From an uncultured delta proteobacterium (GTDB lineage: Bacteria; Myxococcota; Myxococcia; SLRQ01): a stretch of DNA of 64,000 nucleotides. The stretch is taken from positions 416,001 through 480,000 of the forward strand of contig CAVSGM010000001.1 of the NCBI GenBank assembly GCA_963727485.1. The letters run 5' to 3'. The notes under the pieces were generated by a model, which was given only the letters and a program-made list of their open reading frames with translations, had not been told where the DNA came from and did no database searches. Made by a program: the position numbers and the translations under genes. This document shows positions 42,608 through 52,906 of this stretch, one piece after another. Positions within the stretch are counted from its first letter, which is position 1, and every line of letters begins with the position of its first letter.

Positions 42608-43471
42608 TCAGCCCCGGGCGCCCGCGCGCTGCTCCGCCGCCTCGACGGTGTTCAAGAGCAGCGTCGCCACGGTGAGCGGCCCGACGCCGCCGGGCACCGG
42701 CGTGATCCACCCGGCGCGCTCCCGGGCCACCTCGAAGTCCACGTCGCCGACGAGCTTCCCCTCGGCGTTGCGGTTCATGCCCACGTCGATGACGATGGAC
42801 CCGGGCTTGACCCACTCGCCGCGGATGAGGCCGGCGCGCCCGGCGGCGGCCACCAGGATGTCCGCCTCGCGGACGTAGGGCTCGAGGTCGGGGGTGAACT
42901 TGTGGCAGACGGTCACCGTGGCCCCGGCGAGGAGCAGCTCCAGGGCCATCGGCCGCCCCACGATGTTCGACGCCCCCACCACCACCGCGTGGGACTGCTT
43001 GTACTTCGCCTCCACCGTGTCCAGGAGGTGGATGATGCCCCGGGGGGTGCACGGCCGCAGGGTCGGCGCCCGGAGCGCCAGGCGGCCCATGTTGTAGGGG
43101 TGGAAGCCGTCGACGTCCTTGTCGGGGCGGATGGCGTCGAGGATGCGCGTGGGGTCGATGTGATCGGGCAGGGGCAGCTGCACCAGGATCCCGTCGACCC
43201 GGTCGTCGCCGTTGAGGCCGTCGACGAGGGCGAGGAGCTCGGCCTCGGGCGTCTCCACCGGCAGGTCGTGGTGGAAGGAGGCCATGCCCATCTTCTCGCA
43301 CTGGTTGCGCTTGGAGCGGACATAGCTGCGGGACGCCGGGTCGTCGCCCAGGAGCACCACCGCGAGGCCCGGCGCCCGGCCGTGCCTGGCCTCGAAGGTG
43401 CGGACCCGGTCGGCGACCGAGGCCCGGAGCTCGGCGGCGATGGCCTTCCCGTCGATGACGCGTGCGCTCAC
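42608..43471 (-). CDS. folD: Bifunctional methylene-THF dehydrogenase/cyclohydrolase
   Basis: [56 protein letters not shown]. Confidence 0.97.
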   Translation of the reverse strand: MSARVIDGKAIAAELRASVADRVRTFEARHGRAPGLAVVLLGDDPASRSYVRSKRNQCEKMGMASFHHDLPVETPEAELLALVDGLNGDDRVDGILVQLPLPDHIDPTRILDAIRPDKDVDGFHPYNMGRLALRAPTLRPCTPRGIIHLLDTVEAKYKQSHAVVVGASNIVGRPMALELLLAGATVTVCHKFTPDLEPYVREADILVAAAGRAGLIRGEWVKPGSIVIDVGMNRNAEGKLVGDVDFEVARERAGWITPVPGGVGPLTVATLLLNTVEAAEQRAGARG

Positions 43472-43514
43472 GGCGGCAACACAGCAGGCCCCGGGGCCGA
43501 GGTCAAGACGCCCA

Positions 43515-44396
43515 TCAGAAGCGCCAGGAGACCCCGGCGCCGGCGAGCTGGTCGTCGTAGGGCCGATCGCTCACGACGTGGACGAAGGTGTACCAGGCGT
43601 CCAGCGAGAGCTGCTTCGTCACCCGCCAGGTCAAAGCCGCGGTGGCGGTGTGGAAGGTGGCGGGGAGGCGCACCGCGACCTCGCTCACGCCGAAGGTGGT
43701 GACGTCCCGCGTGGGCCGGCTCCCGGTGATCACGCCCTGGCCGGTGCCGGGGCCCTGCTGGGTCCCGCTCCCGGAGCCGGTCCCCGCCGCGGTGACCCCC
43801 GGGACGTAGGTGACGTCCTCGCCGAGCTCGAGCTGGTAGCCGAGGCGCAGGGTCACCGGGCGGCCGAGGTAGAAGCGCAGGGTGCCGCCCACCGCGTCGC
43901 CGTGGGCGGAGAAGGTCTCGTCCCGGGCGAAGGTGTCGGCGCGGCGGTAGTGCACGCCCACCTCCAGCCACCGGGCGGCGAGGACCGAGGCCTCGGCCCG
44001 GCCGCTGACCGCCACCCCGCTGCGCGCCGGATCTCCGTAGAAGCGGTAGGCGCCCCAGGGGGCGAGCGACAGGCGGAAGCGATCGCCGAGCAGCCACACC
44101 ACCCGGGCCCCGACGGAGCCCACGTGGGCGGTGAGGTCGGGGGTGTCGGGGATGAAGGTGCCGCCGTAGCCCGCGTGTACGAACAACAGGAAGTCCCGGC
44201 CGAGATCGGCCGAGACCCCGAGGGTGGCGGAGGCGTTTGCCGCCCAGGCCGCCACCTTTGCCTCCCCGGCGGGGCTGTGGCTGAGGTTCTCCTCCCAGCC
44301 ACCGCCGGCCCCGAGATCGAGGGACAGCTCCGGGGCGGCCATCGTCGCACCCGGTACGAGGAGGACGACGAGGGTCGCGATCCGGAGCCGTCTCAT
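43515..44396 (-). CDS. Outer-membrane beta-barrel-like protein
   Basis: Signal peptide, alternating amphipathic strands, C-terminal AGAGVSWRF Bam-type signal. Confidence 0.72.
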   Translation of the reverse strand: MRRLRIATLVVLLVPGATMAAPELSLDLGAGGGWEENLSHSPAGEAKVAAWAANASATLGVSADLGRDFLLFVHAGYGGTFIPDTPDLTAHVGSVGARVVWLLGDRFRLSLAPWGAYRFYGDPARSGVAVSGRAEASVLAARWLEVGVHYRRADTFARDETFSAHGDAVGGTLRFYLGRPVTLRLGYQLELGEDVTYVPGVTAAGTGSGSGTQQGPGTGQGVITGSRPTRDVTTFGVSEVAVRLPATFHTATAALTWRVTKQLSLDAWYTFVHVVSDRPYDDQLAGAGVSWRF

Positions 44397-44416
44397 GATC
44401 TCACCTGGGTCAGGTG

Positions 44417-45160
44417 CTACTTGCCGCCACCGGGGCCCATCTGGCCCTGGCCGCCGCCCTGCGCGCCGCCGGGGGCCTGCTGGCCACCCTGCTGCTGCTG
44501 GCGCTCGTGGTCGCGCATCTGCTCGCGGGTGCGCTCGCGCTGCTCCTCCATGGCCTTCTCCCGCTCCTGGGCGGGCTGGCGGAGGCGCTGCTGGGCCTGG
44601 ATGCGATCCTGGACCCGGCTGCGCACCTGCTCGGCGAGCTGCTGGCCGGTGACCTGGGCCCCGGACTTCTGGTGCTCCCTGACCTGGGCGCGGAGCTCGG
44701 CGGTCACCATCTGGCGCGCCTGGCGGACCTCCACACCCTGGTTCATGGCCATGTTCATGGTCTGGATGTTCTGCTTCAGGCACTCGCCGGTGCACTTCTC
44801 CCGGAGGCTGGTGCGGATCATCTCGCGGATCTGGAGGCGGTCACGGGTGTGCGTCAGGTACTGCGAGAGCTCCGGCGTCAGCACCTCGACGTCCTTCTGG
44901 GACAGCCGCGTGCGCTTCTGCAGCTCGTCCTTGAGCTTCAGGAGGTCCTGCTGGTGGATCCGGTCGCGGTCGCGGTCGGGCTCGGTGAGGGTGGTCTGGT
45001 CCTGATCGCGGGTCCGGTCGCGGTCCTGGTCAGGCACGTCGGCCTGGGTCTTGTCCTGGTCTTGGATCTGGTCGCGATCCTGATCCTGGGCGAAGGCCGC
45101 GGTGGCCGGAAGCGTGAGTGCGAGGCCGAGCACCGCGACGAGGAAATTTCGAACTCTCAT
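44417..45160 (-). CDS. Secreted DQDRD-repeat, Gln/Arg-rich helical protein
   Basis: AAGGAG RBS; signal ending AAFA; QDQDRDQIQDQD...DRDRDRIH; CTGEC; Gly/Gln tail. Confidence 0.75.
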   Translation of the reverse strand: MRVRNFLVAVLGLALTLPATAAFAQDQDRDQIQDQDKTQADVPDQDRDRTRDQDQTTLTEPDRDRDRIHQQDLLKLKDELQKRTRLSQKDVEVLTPELSQYLTHTRDRLQIREMIRTSLREKCTGECLKQNIQTMNMAMNQGVEVRQARQMVTAELRAQVREHQKSGAQVTGQQLAEQVRSRVQDRIQAQQRLRQPAQEREKAMEEQRERTREQMRDHERQQQQGGQQAPGGAQGGGQGQMGPGGGK

Positions 45161-45249
45161 GACGTATCTCCTTCGGACGATGGGACCCTGACCCTGCAGG
45201 GTCCGCTCGAGAGGCGCCCCCGGTGGGGACGTCTCGGAAAACGGGATGA

Positions 45250-45711
45250 TCAGCCCGCAGGGCGGGCCCGCCAGGCGGCCCAGACCGGACGGCCGGTGTC
45301 GTCCCGGAGGACGAGCACCTGGTCTCCCTTCTGGATCCTGGCGGCGATGATCGCCGGCTTGCCCTGGAAGACGACCTGGGCGCCGGTGAGGGTCACGGTG
45401 TCGCCCTTGACGAGCTTCAGGTCCTGGTTGTCGATGAACCAGGCGGGGCCGAGGTGGACGTCCACCTGCCCGGTGGCGGTCTTGAGGGTGAGGTGCACCC
45501 CGGGCCGCATCCCCCGGCGCGGGGTGATGCGGTGGACCGCGGTGACCGTGCCCTCGACGGTGACGACCTTGGTGGTGTCGTAGAGGCGGTTGTAGGCGCC
45601 CCCGGGACCCCACCCGCCGCTCCCGCGCGCGCGCTGCCCGGAGGCCGGCCCGGCGAAGGCGACGGAGGCGAAGGCCGCGAGGATCGCGGCCGTGCGGACG
45701 TAGGTACGCAT
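45250..45711 (-). CDS. Secreted OB-fold protein (MamS/MamX-like domain)
   Basis: Signal peptide; YD...VTVEGTV, GVHLTLKT, VHLGPAWF, GDTVTLTG, LRDDTGRPVW. Confidence 0.72.
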   Translation of the reverse strand: MRTYVRTAAILAAFASVAFAGPASGQRARGSGGWGPGGAYNRLYDTTKVVTVEGTVTAVHRITPRRGMRPGVHLTLKTATGQVDVHLGPAWFIDNQDLKLVKGDTVTLTGAQVVFQGKPAIIAARIQKGDQVLVLRDDTGRPVWAAWRARPAG

Positions 45712-45801
45712 GGGCTCTCTCCGACGGCCGAGGGGGAACACACGCCCCCCGGTCGTGCACTCGATGGGGACGCGAGGTGCGTCCCAGTTGCCCGGAGAGG
45801 A

Positions 45802-45817
45802 AGCGAGCGGCGTGCCA
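45802..45817 (-). promoter_or_regulatory. Putative sigma54 -24/-12 promoter
   Basis: Minus strand TGGCACGCCGCTCGCT (GG-N10-GC) about 90 nt upstream of the ATG at 45711. Confidence 0.55.
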
Positions 45818-46122
45818 GACCCCACCGCCGCCGGAACTCCCAGGAAATCCGCGCCCCTCACGGACGGCCGGCGGGCGGCACCTTCCCCCACTGGGCGAGG
45901 CCGCCCATGCAAGGGCTACCGCGCGGGGCAGCGCACCCTGCCAAGACTGCACGGCCGGGGCGGTGATCGTCGCGGGGACCGAGGAGGTGCCGCCTGGCTC
46001 CATGCGGACGCAGCCCGTTGACACAAGTGTTTCTGCCTAGGTAGGTTTGAGAAGCCCTGGAGAACGTGTCCCCCCACCCCTGGAACCGACGACCCGTCCC
46101 CATCGCCGAGAGGCCTGAAGGC

Positions 46123-46602
46123 ATGCCCACCGAGGACACCCCCGCCTGCCTCTTCTGCCGGCTCGTCGCGGGCTCGGAGCACGCCTGGACGGTGTGGGAG
46201 GACGAGGCCCACATGGCCTTCCTCACGCCGTTCCCCAACACGCCAGGGTTCACCGTCGTGGTCCCCAAGCGGCACCTGGGGAGCTATGTGCTCTCCCTGG
46301 AACCGGACGACTATCTGTCCCTGCTGCTGGCCGCGAGGCAGGTTGCGCTCCTGCTGGACCGCACCCTGGGAACCAGGCGCACCGGCCTCATCGCCGAGGG
46401 CATGGGCGTCGACCATGCGCACGTGAAGCTCTTTCCCATGCACGGGGTCCCCGACGGGCCCTGGACGGCCGTCCACAGCACCGTGCGGACCTTCTACGAC
46501 CGGTATCAGGGGTTCATCGCCTCGCACGACGGGCCGCGGATGCCCGACGAGCAGCTAGAGGCCCTTGCCCGGCGAATCCGGCAGCGGGGGGACGCGGCCT
46601 GA
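46123..46602 (+). CDS. HIT-family nucleotide hydrolase
   Basis: CLFCRLVAG, AFLTPFP..PGFTVVVPKRH, VDHAHVKLFP. Confidence 0.88.
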   Translation: MPTEDTPACLFCRLVAGSEHAWTVWEDEAHMAFLTPFPNTPGFTVVVPKRHLGSYVLSLEPDDYLSLLLAARQVALLLDRTLGTRRTGLIAEGMGVDHAHVKLFPMHGVPDGPWTAVHSTVRTFYDRYQGFIASHDGPRMPDEQLEALARRIRQRGDAA

Positions 46603-46626
46603 CCCCGGCCGCCGGGGGGCCCGGGG

Positions 46627-47064
46627 TCAGCCCTGCGCGCCCCCGGGCTCCCACCGCGCCAGGCCGATGTCGGCGCAGGGGAGCCGCGGCAGGGGCGTGT
46701 CCACCGGCTCCACGAAGACCTCGGCGACCACGCCAATCTTCGAGTCGAAGAGGTGGCCGCCGTACACCGCGTAGTCGTGGCCGGAGATGGCCACGTGGGC
46801 GTGGAGGAAGGGCTTGCCCTCGAGGAGCGTCAGGTTCCCGGAGAGGGACACCAGCTCGTAGATCCCGGGGAAGGTCCTGTGGTCGTAGGTCTTGGACGGG
46901 AGGTCGTAGCAGCCGAGCTCCGGATCCTCGAGGGCGCCGATGGCGCTGACCTTGGCGCCGGGGATCTGCTCCTCGGCGGCCAGCGACTCGAGGGAGCTGC
47001 GCAGGTCGTCGCCCCGGGCGAGACTGACGACGTAGGCGCCGGTGGGATCGCGGTGGACCTTCAT
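46627..47064 (-). CDS. PPC/DUF296 domain putative DNA-binding protein
   Basis: Own AGGAG RBS; SAIGAL, ELVSLSGN, FLHAHV, YGGHL. Confidence 0.85.
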   Translation of the reverse strand: MKVHRDPTGAYVVSLARGDDLRSSLESLAAEEQIPGAKVSAIGALEDPELGCYDLPSKTYDHRTFPGIYELVSLSGNLTLLEGKPFLHAHVAISGHDYAVYGGHLFDSKIGVVAEVFVEPVDTPLPRLPCADIGLARWEPGGAQG

Positions 47065-47895
47065 GGGGTCTCCTGGTCGTCGGGGCCGCCGGTGGGCGGC
47101 GCGGAATCCGTCGCTGGCCTCGGCGCCAGCGTCGTCGTGGAAGGCGCCGTGGCGGCCGGCGCCCGAGGCGAAGCGCCCGGCGCCGCCCACGCCCTCGGCC
47201 TCGAGGGACGCCACGCCGTAGGCGAGCTCGTTTCGCAGCGCCTCGGCCTCGGGCAGGGTCCACTGCTCGAGGACCGAGCGCCGGTCGCTTTGCAGGCACC
47301 CCTGGGGGAAGCGGGCGAGCTCGGCGGCGAGGCGCTCGGCGGCCTCGCGGGCCTGGCCCTTGCCCACCACCCGGCTCACCAGGCCCATCTCCAGCGCCTC
47401 GTGGGCGCTCACCGGCCGGCCGGTGAGGATGAGGTCGAGGGCGCGTCCCTGGCCCACGATCCGCGGGAGGCGCACGGTGCCCCCGTCGATGAGCGGCACC
47501 CCCCACCGCCGGCAGAACACCCCCAGCACCGCGTCTTCTTCGGCCACCCGCAGGTCGCACCACAGGGCCAGCTCCAGGCCCCCGGCGACGGCGTGGCCGG
47601 CGATGGCGGCGACGACGGGCTTCCCGAGGACCAGGCGGGTGGGGCCCATGGGCCCGTCGCCGTCGGGGGCGACCCGGTTCGGCGTCCCGGCGGCCACGGC
47701 CTTGAGGTCGGCGCCGGCGGAGAACGTCCCCCCGTCGCCGAAGAGGACCGCGGCCCTGGCGTCGGCGTCGGCGTCGAAGGCCCGGAAGGCGTCGGCCAGC
47801 GCCGCGGCGGTGGCCCGGTCCACGGCGTTTCGCACCTCGGGGCGGTGGAGGATCACCGTGGTCACCGGCCCGCTCTTCTCGACGCGCACGCTCAT
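47065..47895 (-). CDS. Crotonase/enoyl-CoA hydratase family protein (reads in frame into the DUF296 gene as sequenced)
   Basis: RPEVRNA, FSAGADLK, AVAGGLELALWCDLR, CRRWGVPLIDGGT. Confidence 0.9.
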
Positions 47896-47902
47896 GGTGG
47901 GC

Positions 47903-49804
47903 CTACTCTAGCCCGGCCCGGCCTGCGGTGCCGCCGCGTCCACCGGTGCCGGCGCCGCCGCTCCGGGCGGCCGTGGTCCCGGTCCCCCGGTGGCCCGGCA
48001 CCCGCGCCGCGTGGCCCCGGCGGTAGAACCCGGGCAGGGTCACCGGCAGCCTCCCCGGCGCCGCCCCGTCCCCGGCGAGGAAGCGCGCCGCGGCCCGGGC
48101 GGCGGTGGGCTGGTAGGAGTAGGCGCACAGGTAGCCGGCGACCCGGGGGAACTCGTGGAGCCGGTAGGGCGAGCCGAGGCTCACGGCGACCACCGGGGTC
48201 CGGGTGCGCTTCAGCAGCATCCGCGTCATCACCGCCTGGTAGTCGTTGACCACGCCCACCACCACCACGTCGGCGTGGCGGGCGAGGCGGAGGGTGCGCG
48301 CCAGGTCGGCGGCGCGCCGGCGCCGGCTGGGGATCGCCGGGGTGTGCACCAGCGTCGCGTGGGCCAGGGCGTGCGAGAGGGTGCGCCCGAAGGTCCGGTC
48401 GGCGGAGAGGATCACCACGTGGGCGTCCCGGTCGAGGGGGGTGAGGCCGGCGTGGGCCCGGACCAGGGTCAGGCCCTGGTTGGCGATGGCCTGGGCCACC
48501 TTCGCGCCGTCGTGGTCGCGGGCGAGGGCCGCGAGGGCCTGGTCCACCGGGGGCGGCGCCTCGTCGAGGATCCCCCGCTCGAGCTTCACCGTGAGGATCC
48601 GCCTCACCGAGGCGTCGAGGCGGGTCCGGGAGATGGCGCCGCTTCGGACCGCGGCGAGGAGGTGGCGCCAGACCTCCTCCTTCTTCTCCCGGGTCCAGAG
48701 GATGAGCACCATGTCGGCGCCGGCCTGGATCGCCTTCACCGCCGCCACCCCCGAGCCGTACTCCTTGACAATCCCCTCCATCTCCAGGCCGTCGGTGAGG
48801 ACGATGCCATTGAAGCCCAGGCGCCGGCGGAGGATGCCGGTGAGGATCCGGTGGGAGACGGTGGCGGGGACGTGGGGCCGCCCCTCGATGGCGGGCAGGG
48901 CGATGTGGGCGGTCATCACCGCGTCGAGGCCGGCGTCGATGGCGGCCTTGAAGGGCACCAGCTCCACCGACATCAGGCGCTCGAGGCCGTAGGGGACGGT
49001 GGGCAGGCCGTAGTGGGAGTCGGTGGCGGTGTCGCCGTGGCCGGGGAAGTGCTTGGCCACCGCCACCACCCCCTGGCTCTGGAGTCCGAGGATGTACTGG
49101 GTCCCCAGCTCGGCGACCAGCCCCGGGTCCTCGCCGAAGCTGCGCACGCCGATCACCGGGTTGCTGGGGTTGGCGTTGACGTCGAGGACCGGGGCCAGGT
49201 TCATGTTGAAGCCCAGGCGCTCGAGGCTCCGGCCCACGTCGACGCCGGCGCGCCGGGCGAGGGCCGGATCCCGGCTGGCGCCGAGGGTCATGTTCCCGGG
49301 GAGCACCGTCGCCGGGGACGCGAGGCGGACCACGTTGCCGCCCTCCTGGTCCACGGCGATGAACGGCGGCACCTCGGGGAGGGTGCGCAGCTGCCGGGTG
49401 AGGCGCGCCACCTGGCGCAGGGAGCGGACGTTGCGCGAGAAGAGGGCCACGCCGCCCACGTGGTGGCCCCCGACCAGGTGCGCGATGGCGCCGCCCGGGT
49501 CGACCTCGTAGCCCCCGAAGCCCACGAAGAGGAGCTGGCCGACCTTCTCCTCCAGGGTCAGGTGGGCGAGGAGGGCGTCGACCCGGGCGGCGGTCCGCAC
49601 CTCGCGGGTGACGGCGGGGGAGGGCGGCGGGGGGTGCCGGGGCGCGGTGCGGCGGGGCGGGGCGGTGGGGCGCGGCGCCAGGGCCGGCGGGAGCACCGAC
49701 GCCGGGTGCGGCTCGAAGCGCAGGGGCGCCGCCGCCAGGAGCCCGAGGGCGGCGAGGGCGAGGCCGGCGGCGGCGAACGGGCGCGGGCGCACCCTCCGCC
49801 TCAC
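47903..49804 (-). CDS. nagZ: Secreted glycoside hydrolase family 3 beta-N-acetylhexosaminidase
   Basis: AVDQEGG, NLAPVLDV, RSFGED, KHFPGHGDTATDSH, VMTAH, LTDGLEM; GH3 C-terminal domain. Confidence 0.88.
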   Translation of the reverse strand: MRRRVRPRPFAAAGLALAALGLLAAAPLRFEPHPASVLPPALAPRPTAPPRRTAPRHPPPPSPAVTREVRTAARVDALLAHLTLEEKVGQLLFVGFGGYEVDPGGAIAHLVGGHHVGGVALFSRNVRSLRQVARLTRQLRTLPEVPPFIAVDQEGGNVVRLASPATVLPGNMTLGASRDPALARRAGVDVGRSLERLGFNMNLAPVLDVNANPSNPVIGVRSFGEDPGLVAELGTQYILGLQSQGVVAVAKHFPGHGDTATDSHYGLPTVPYGLERLMSVELVPFKAAIDAGLDAVMTAHIALPAIEGRPHVPATVSHRILTGILRRRLGFNGIVLTDGLEMEGIVKEYGSGVAAVKAIQAGADMVLILWTREKKEEVWRHLLAAVRSGAISRTRLDASVRRILTVKLERGILDEAPPPVDQALAALARDHDGAKVAQAIANQGLTLVRAHAGLTPLDRDAHVVILSADRTFGRTLSHALAHATLVHTPAIPSRRRRAADLARTLRLARHADVVVVGVVNDYQAVMTRMLLKRTRTPVVAVSLGSPYRLHEFPRVAGYLCAYSYQPTAARAAARFLAGDGAAPGRLPVTLPGFYRRGHAARVPGHRGTGTTAARSGGAGTGGRGGTAGRAGLE

Positions 49805-51237
49805 GGGGCCTGGGTCGTGGACCCGGCCGAGGCGACCCGGGTGCCGCCGGCGTGCTCGAGGCGGGCGAGGAGCGGCTGGACGTGCGCCCGGAAGTCGGGC
49901 ATCAGCTTCTTGTCCAGGGGCCGCCGCGAGGGGAGGTGGAGCTTGAGCGGGTTCTCGAAGTGCCCGTAGCGCTTCACCGCGTAGTGGACGTGGGGGCCGG
50001 TGGCGCGCCCGGTCTCGCCGACCCGGCCGATGACCTGCTTCTGGTGCACGTGCTGGCCGGGGTGGACCAGGATCTTGGAGAGGTGGCAGAAGAGGGTCTG
50101 GTAGCCGTTGGCGTTGTTGATCCGCACCATGTTGCCGCAGGCCCCGGCCCACCGGGCCCAGGAGACGGTGCCGGCGCCGGTGGCCCGGACCGGGGTGCCG
50201 ATGGGCGCGCCGTAGTCCACCCCCCGGTGCATCTTGTTGTAGCCGAGGATCGGGTGGTGGCGCATGCCGTAGCGGCTGGTGATGCGGATGACCTTCAGCG
50301 GCGCCTTGAGGAGGATCTTCTGGGCGCTGTGGCCCTCGGCGTCGTAGTAGCTCACGTCGCCGTTGGGGCGCTCGTAGCGGAAGAGGCGGTAGTCGCCCAC
50401 CGCGCCCTTGTACTCGGCGGCGAGGATGTCGCCGTAGTGGAGGAAGCGGCCCTTGGAGTAGACCTTCTCCACCACGATGTCGAAGGTGTCCCCGGGCCGC
50501 GGGTCCCGGTAGAAGTCCACGTCCCAGGCCATCACGTCGCCGAAGAGGACCGCGAGCGCCGGCGACTCACCGGCCTCGTCCATGGACTCGTAGAGGCTGC
50601 CCTTGAGCACCCCGTGGACCGCGACCACCCGGGTCTCGGTCTTCACCTGCCGCGCGTAGCCGACGAGGTGGTCGCCGTCGCGCTTGACGCAGTAGCTGGT
50701 CAGGGGCGTGGCCTCGTAGTCGAAGAAGGCCACCTGGCCGGCGGGGGTGGTCTTCACCCGGAAGGCCTGGCCCGGGCGGGCGTAGCGGAAGTCGAAGGTG
50801 CCCTTGAGGGCGCTGACGATGTCGTGGATCTGCGGGGAGGTGAGGCCGGCGCGGGTCAGGGCCGCGGCGACGGTGCTCCCGCGCTCGAGGGTCCCGGCGA
50901 CGACCTTGTAGGCCACGGCGCGGTTGGCGGCGGGGGCCAGGGCGGCGCCCTCGACCTGGGGGACGGTGGCACCCGCCTTGGCGGTGGCGGCGCTGGCGGC
51001 GGCGCTGGCGCCGGCCGCGGGGGGCGCGGCGGGCGACGGGGCCTCGGGCACCAGCGACGCGGTGGCCACCTTGGGGCCGGCGGCGTCCCCGCGGTAGCGC
51101 CGATGGATCACCACCAGGTTCCAGGCGGTGACGCCGGCGAGGACGAGGGCCACCAGGTACCCCCGCCATCGCGGGGGCCGGCCGGGGTCCTGGTTCTCGA
51201 GGAGCTCTTGCTTCGACGGGGGCTGGATTGGGTGCAT
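49801..51237 (-). CDS. M23-family peptidoglycan DD-endopeptidase (MepM/Csd3-like)
   Basis: N-terminal TM; HRGVDYGAP.GTPV, HLS, TGPHVHY. Confidence 0.92.
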   Translation of the reverse strand: MHPIQPPSKQELLENQDPGRPPRWRGYLVALVLAGVTAWNLVVIHRRYRGDAAGPKVATASLVPEAPSPAAPPAAGASAAASAATAKAGATVPQVEGAALAPAANRAVAYKVVAGTLERGSTVAAALTRAGLTSPQIHDIVSALKGTFDFRYARPGQAFRVKTTPAGQVAFFDYEATPLTSYCVKRDGDHLVGYARQVKTETRVVAVHGVLKGSLYESMDEAGESPALAVLFGDVMAWDVDFYRDPRPGDTFDIVVEKVYSKGRFLHYGDILAAEYKGAVGDYRLFRYERPNGDVSYYDAEGHSAQKILLKAPLKVIRITSRYGMRHHPILGYNKMHRGVDYGAPIGTPVRATGAGTVSWARWAGACGNMVRINNANGYQTLFCHLSKILVHPGQHVHQKQVIGRVGETGRATGPHVHYAVKRYGHFENPLKLHLPSRRPLDKKLMPDFRAHVQPLLARLEHAGGTRVASAGSTTQAP

Positions 51238-51442
51238 CTTGGAGGACGGCCTCGGCTTCGGGTGCAACAGGGTGCGACAGCGGCGAACCATCCTATATCA
51301 GCGCCCCCGGGGGCCCTCCAAGAAACCCACCGGGGGCGAACGCCGCCCGGTTTCCGGACGCGGGCGGGGGCGATCCCCTGGGGCCGGCGCCTTGACCCCG
51401 CCGCGCCGCGTGGCCAGGCTTGGGACCCATCGGAGGTCCCCC

Positions 51443-52126
51443 ATGCGCACCCCCCGCCCGATCCCGTCGCCCCGTCCCCTCGCCGCCGCCGCCCTGGTGG
51501 CGCTCCTCGCCGGCGTCCCGGCGGTCGCCCACGCCGCGGCCATCCCGCGCCGCCTCGACCGCATCGAGTCCCTCGCCGAGGACGCCTACGACGCGGCCCT
51601 CGCGGGCAAGCAGGCCGCGGTGCGCAACAAGGCCGAGGCCCTGGCCCGGCTCTGGGCCGCCTACCGGCCCCACGCCCTGGCGCCCGCGCCGGTGCTCGAG
51701 GCCACCGCCGACGCCGTCGCCCGGCTCACCCACGCGGCCACCCAGGGCGCCTCGCGCCTGGCCCTGGCCCGGGCGGCCAACGCGGTGAGCGCCCACATCG
51801 CCGACCTCTACGCCCCCTACCACCCGGCCATCCCCGCGCCGGTGGAGACCCTCGACTACCTGGGCCGGGAGGTCGCCCTCGATGCCATGGCCCACGACCT
51901 CGCCGGCGCCAGCGCCCACCTGAAGACCCTGCGCGCCACCTGGGCGCCGCTGCGGGTCCGGGTGGTCGCCCGGCACGGGAAGGGCACCGCCAAGGCCTTC
52001 GACCGGGCCCTGGAGGCCATGTCCGCGGCGCTCACGGCCAAGGACCCGGGGCGGCTCCTCCGGGCCGCCAACCACACCCTGGAGGTCGTGGACCGGGTCG
52101 AGCGGGTGTTTCGCGGCCGGCGCTGA
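51443..52126 (+). CDS. Secreted alpha-helical hypothetical protein
   Basis: GGAGG RBS; signal ending AVAHA; two similar helical halves. Confidence 0.65.
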   Translation: MRTPRPIPSPRPLAAAALVALLAGVPAVAHAAAIPRRLDRIESLAEDAYDAALAGKQAAVRNKAEALARLWAAYRPHALAPAPVLEATADAVARLTHAATQGASRLALARAANAVSAHIADLYAPYHPAIPAPVETLDYLGREVALDAMAHDLAGASAHLKTLRATWAPLRVRVVARHGKGTAKAFDRALEAMSAALTAKDPGRLLRAANHTLEVVDRVERVFRGRR

Positions 52127-52132
52127 CGCCGG

Positions 52133-52762
52133 TCAGCCCCCGTGGGCCAGGCGCCACAGGGCCAGGGCTCCGTCGGCGACGTACTGCACCGCCAGCGCCG
52201 CGAGGATGATCCCCAGGACCCGGGTGACCACGTTGATCCCGGTCTGCCCCAGGACCCGGGCGACGCCGCCCGAGAGCCGGAGCGCCGCGTAGGAGAGGAC
52301 CAGGACCAGCGCGGTCATCACCACCAGGATCCCGTAGCGGCTCGGCTCGCCGTCGGCGCTGGCCACCAGCACCAGGATGCTGGTGAGCGCCCCGGGCCCG
52401 GCGATCAGCGGGATGGCCAGGGGGAAGACGCTCACGTCCTCCCGGTGGTGCGCCTCCTCCTCCTCCTCCGGCGTCTGCCGCTGGCGCTGGGCGAAGACCA
52501 TGTCCACGGCGATGCGGAACAGGAGGATCCCGCCGGCGACCCGCAGGGCGTCGAGGCGCACCCCCAGGTAGTGGAAGAGGGACCCGCCGCCGACGGCGAA
52601 GGCGAAGAGGATGCCCCCGGCGACCAGCACCGCCCGCCGGGCCACCTGCCGGCGCTCGGCGGCCGGCTGCGCGCCCACCAGGGACACGAAGACCGGCACC
52701 AGGCCGGGGGGGTCGACGATGACGACCATCGTCAGGAAGCAGCGCAGGGCGAAGGCGGACAC
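52133..52762 (-). CDS. marC: MarC-family membrane protein
   Basis: IVDPPG.VPVF, AGGILLF, FPLAIPLIAGPGA, TRVLGIILAALAVQ. Confidence 0.92.
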   Translation of the reverse strand: MSAFALRCFLTMVVIVDPPGLVPVFVSLVGAQPAAERRQVARRAVLVAGGILFAFAVGGGSLFHYLGVRLDALRVAGGILLFRIAVDMVFAQRQRQTPEEEEEAHHREDVSVFPLAIPLIAGPGALTSILVLVASADGEPSRYGILVVMTALVLVLSYAALRLSGGVARVLGQTGINVVTRVLGIILAALAVQYVADGALALWRLAHGG

Positions 52763-52906
52763 GGGGCGGCAGGGTAGCCCAGGCGTGGCGCGCCGCAAGG
52801 GGCCGGGACCGGCCGCCCCGCCGTCCGATCACCCGGGGGGTACCACGTCCGGGGTACCCTGAACCGGAGGTTGTGAGGTCCGACGCCCGCCCCCTACGAT
52901 GCCCGG

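Noticed and set aside
45250..45711. Magnetosome gene cluster
   Set aside because: Only a MamS/MamX-like OB-fold resemblance. No CxxCH magnetochrome motifs and no other mam genes are present.
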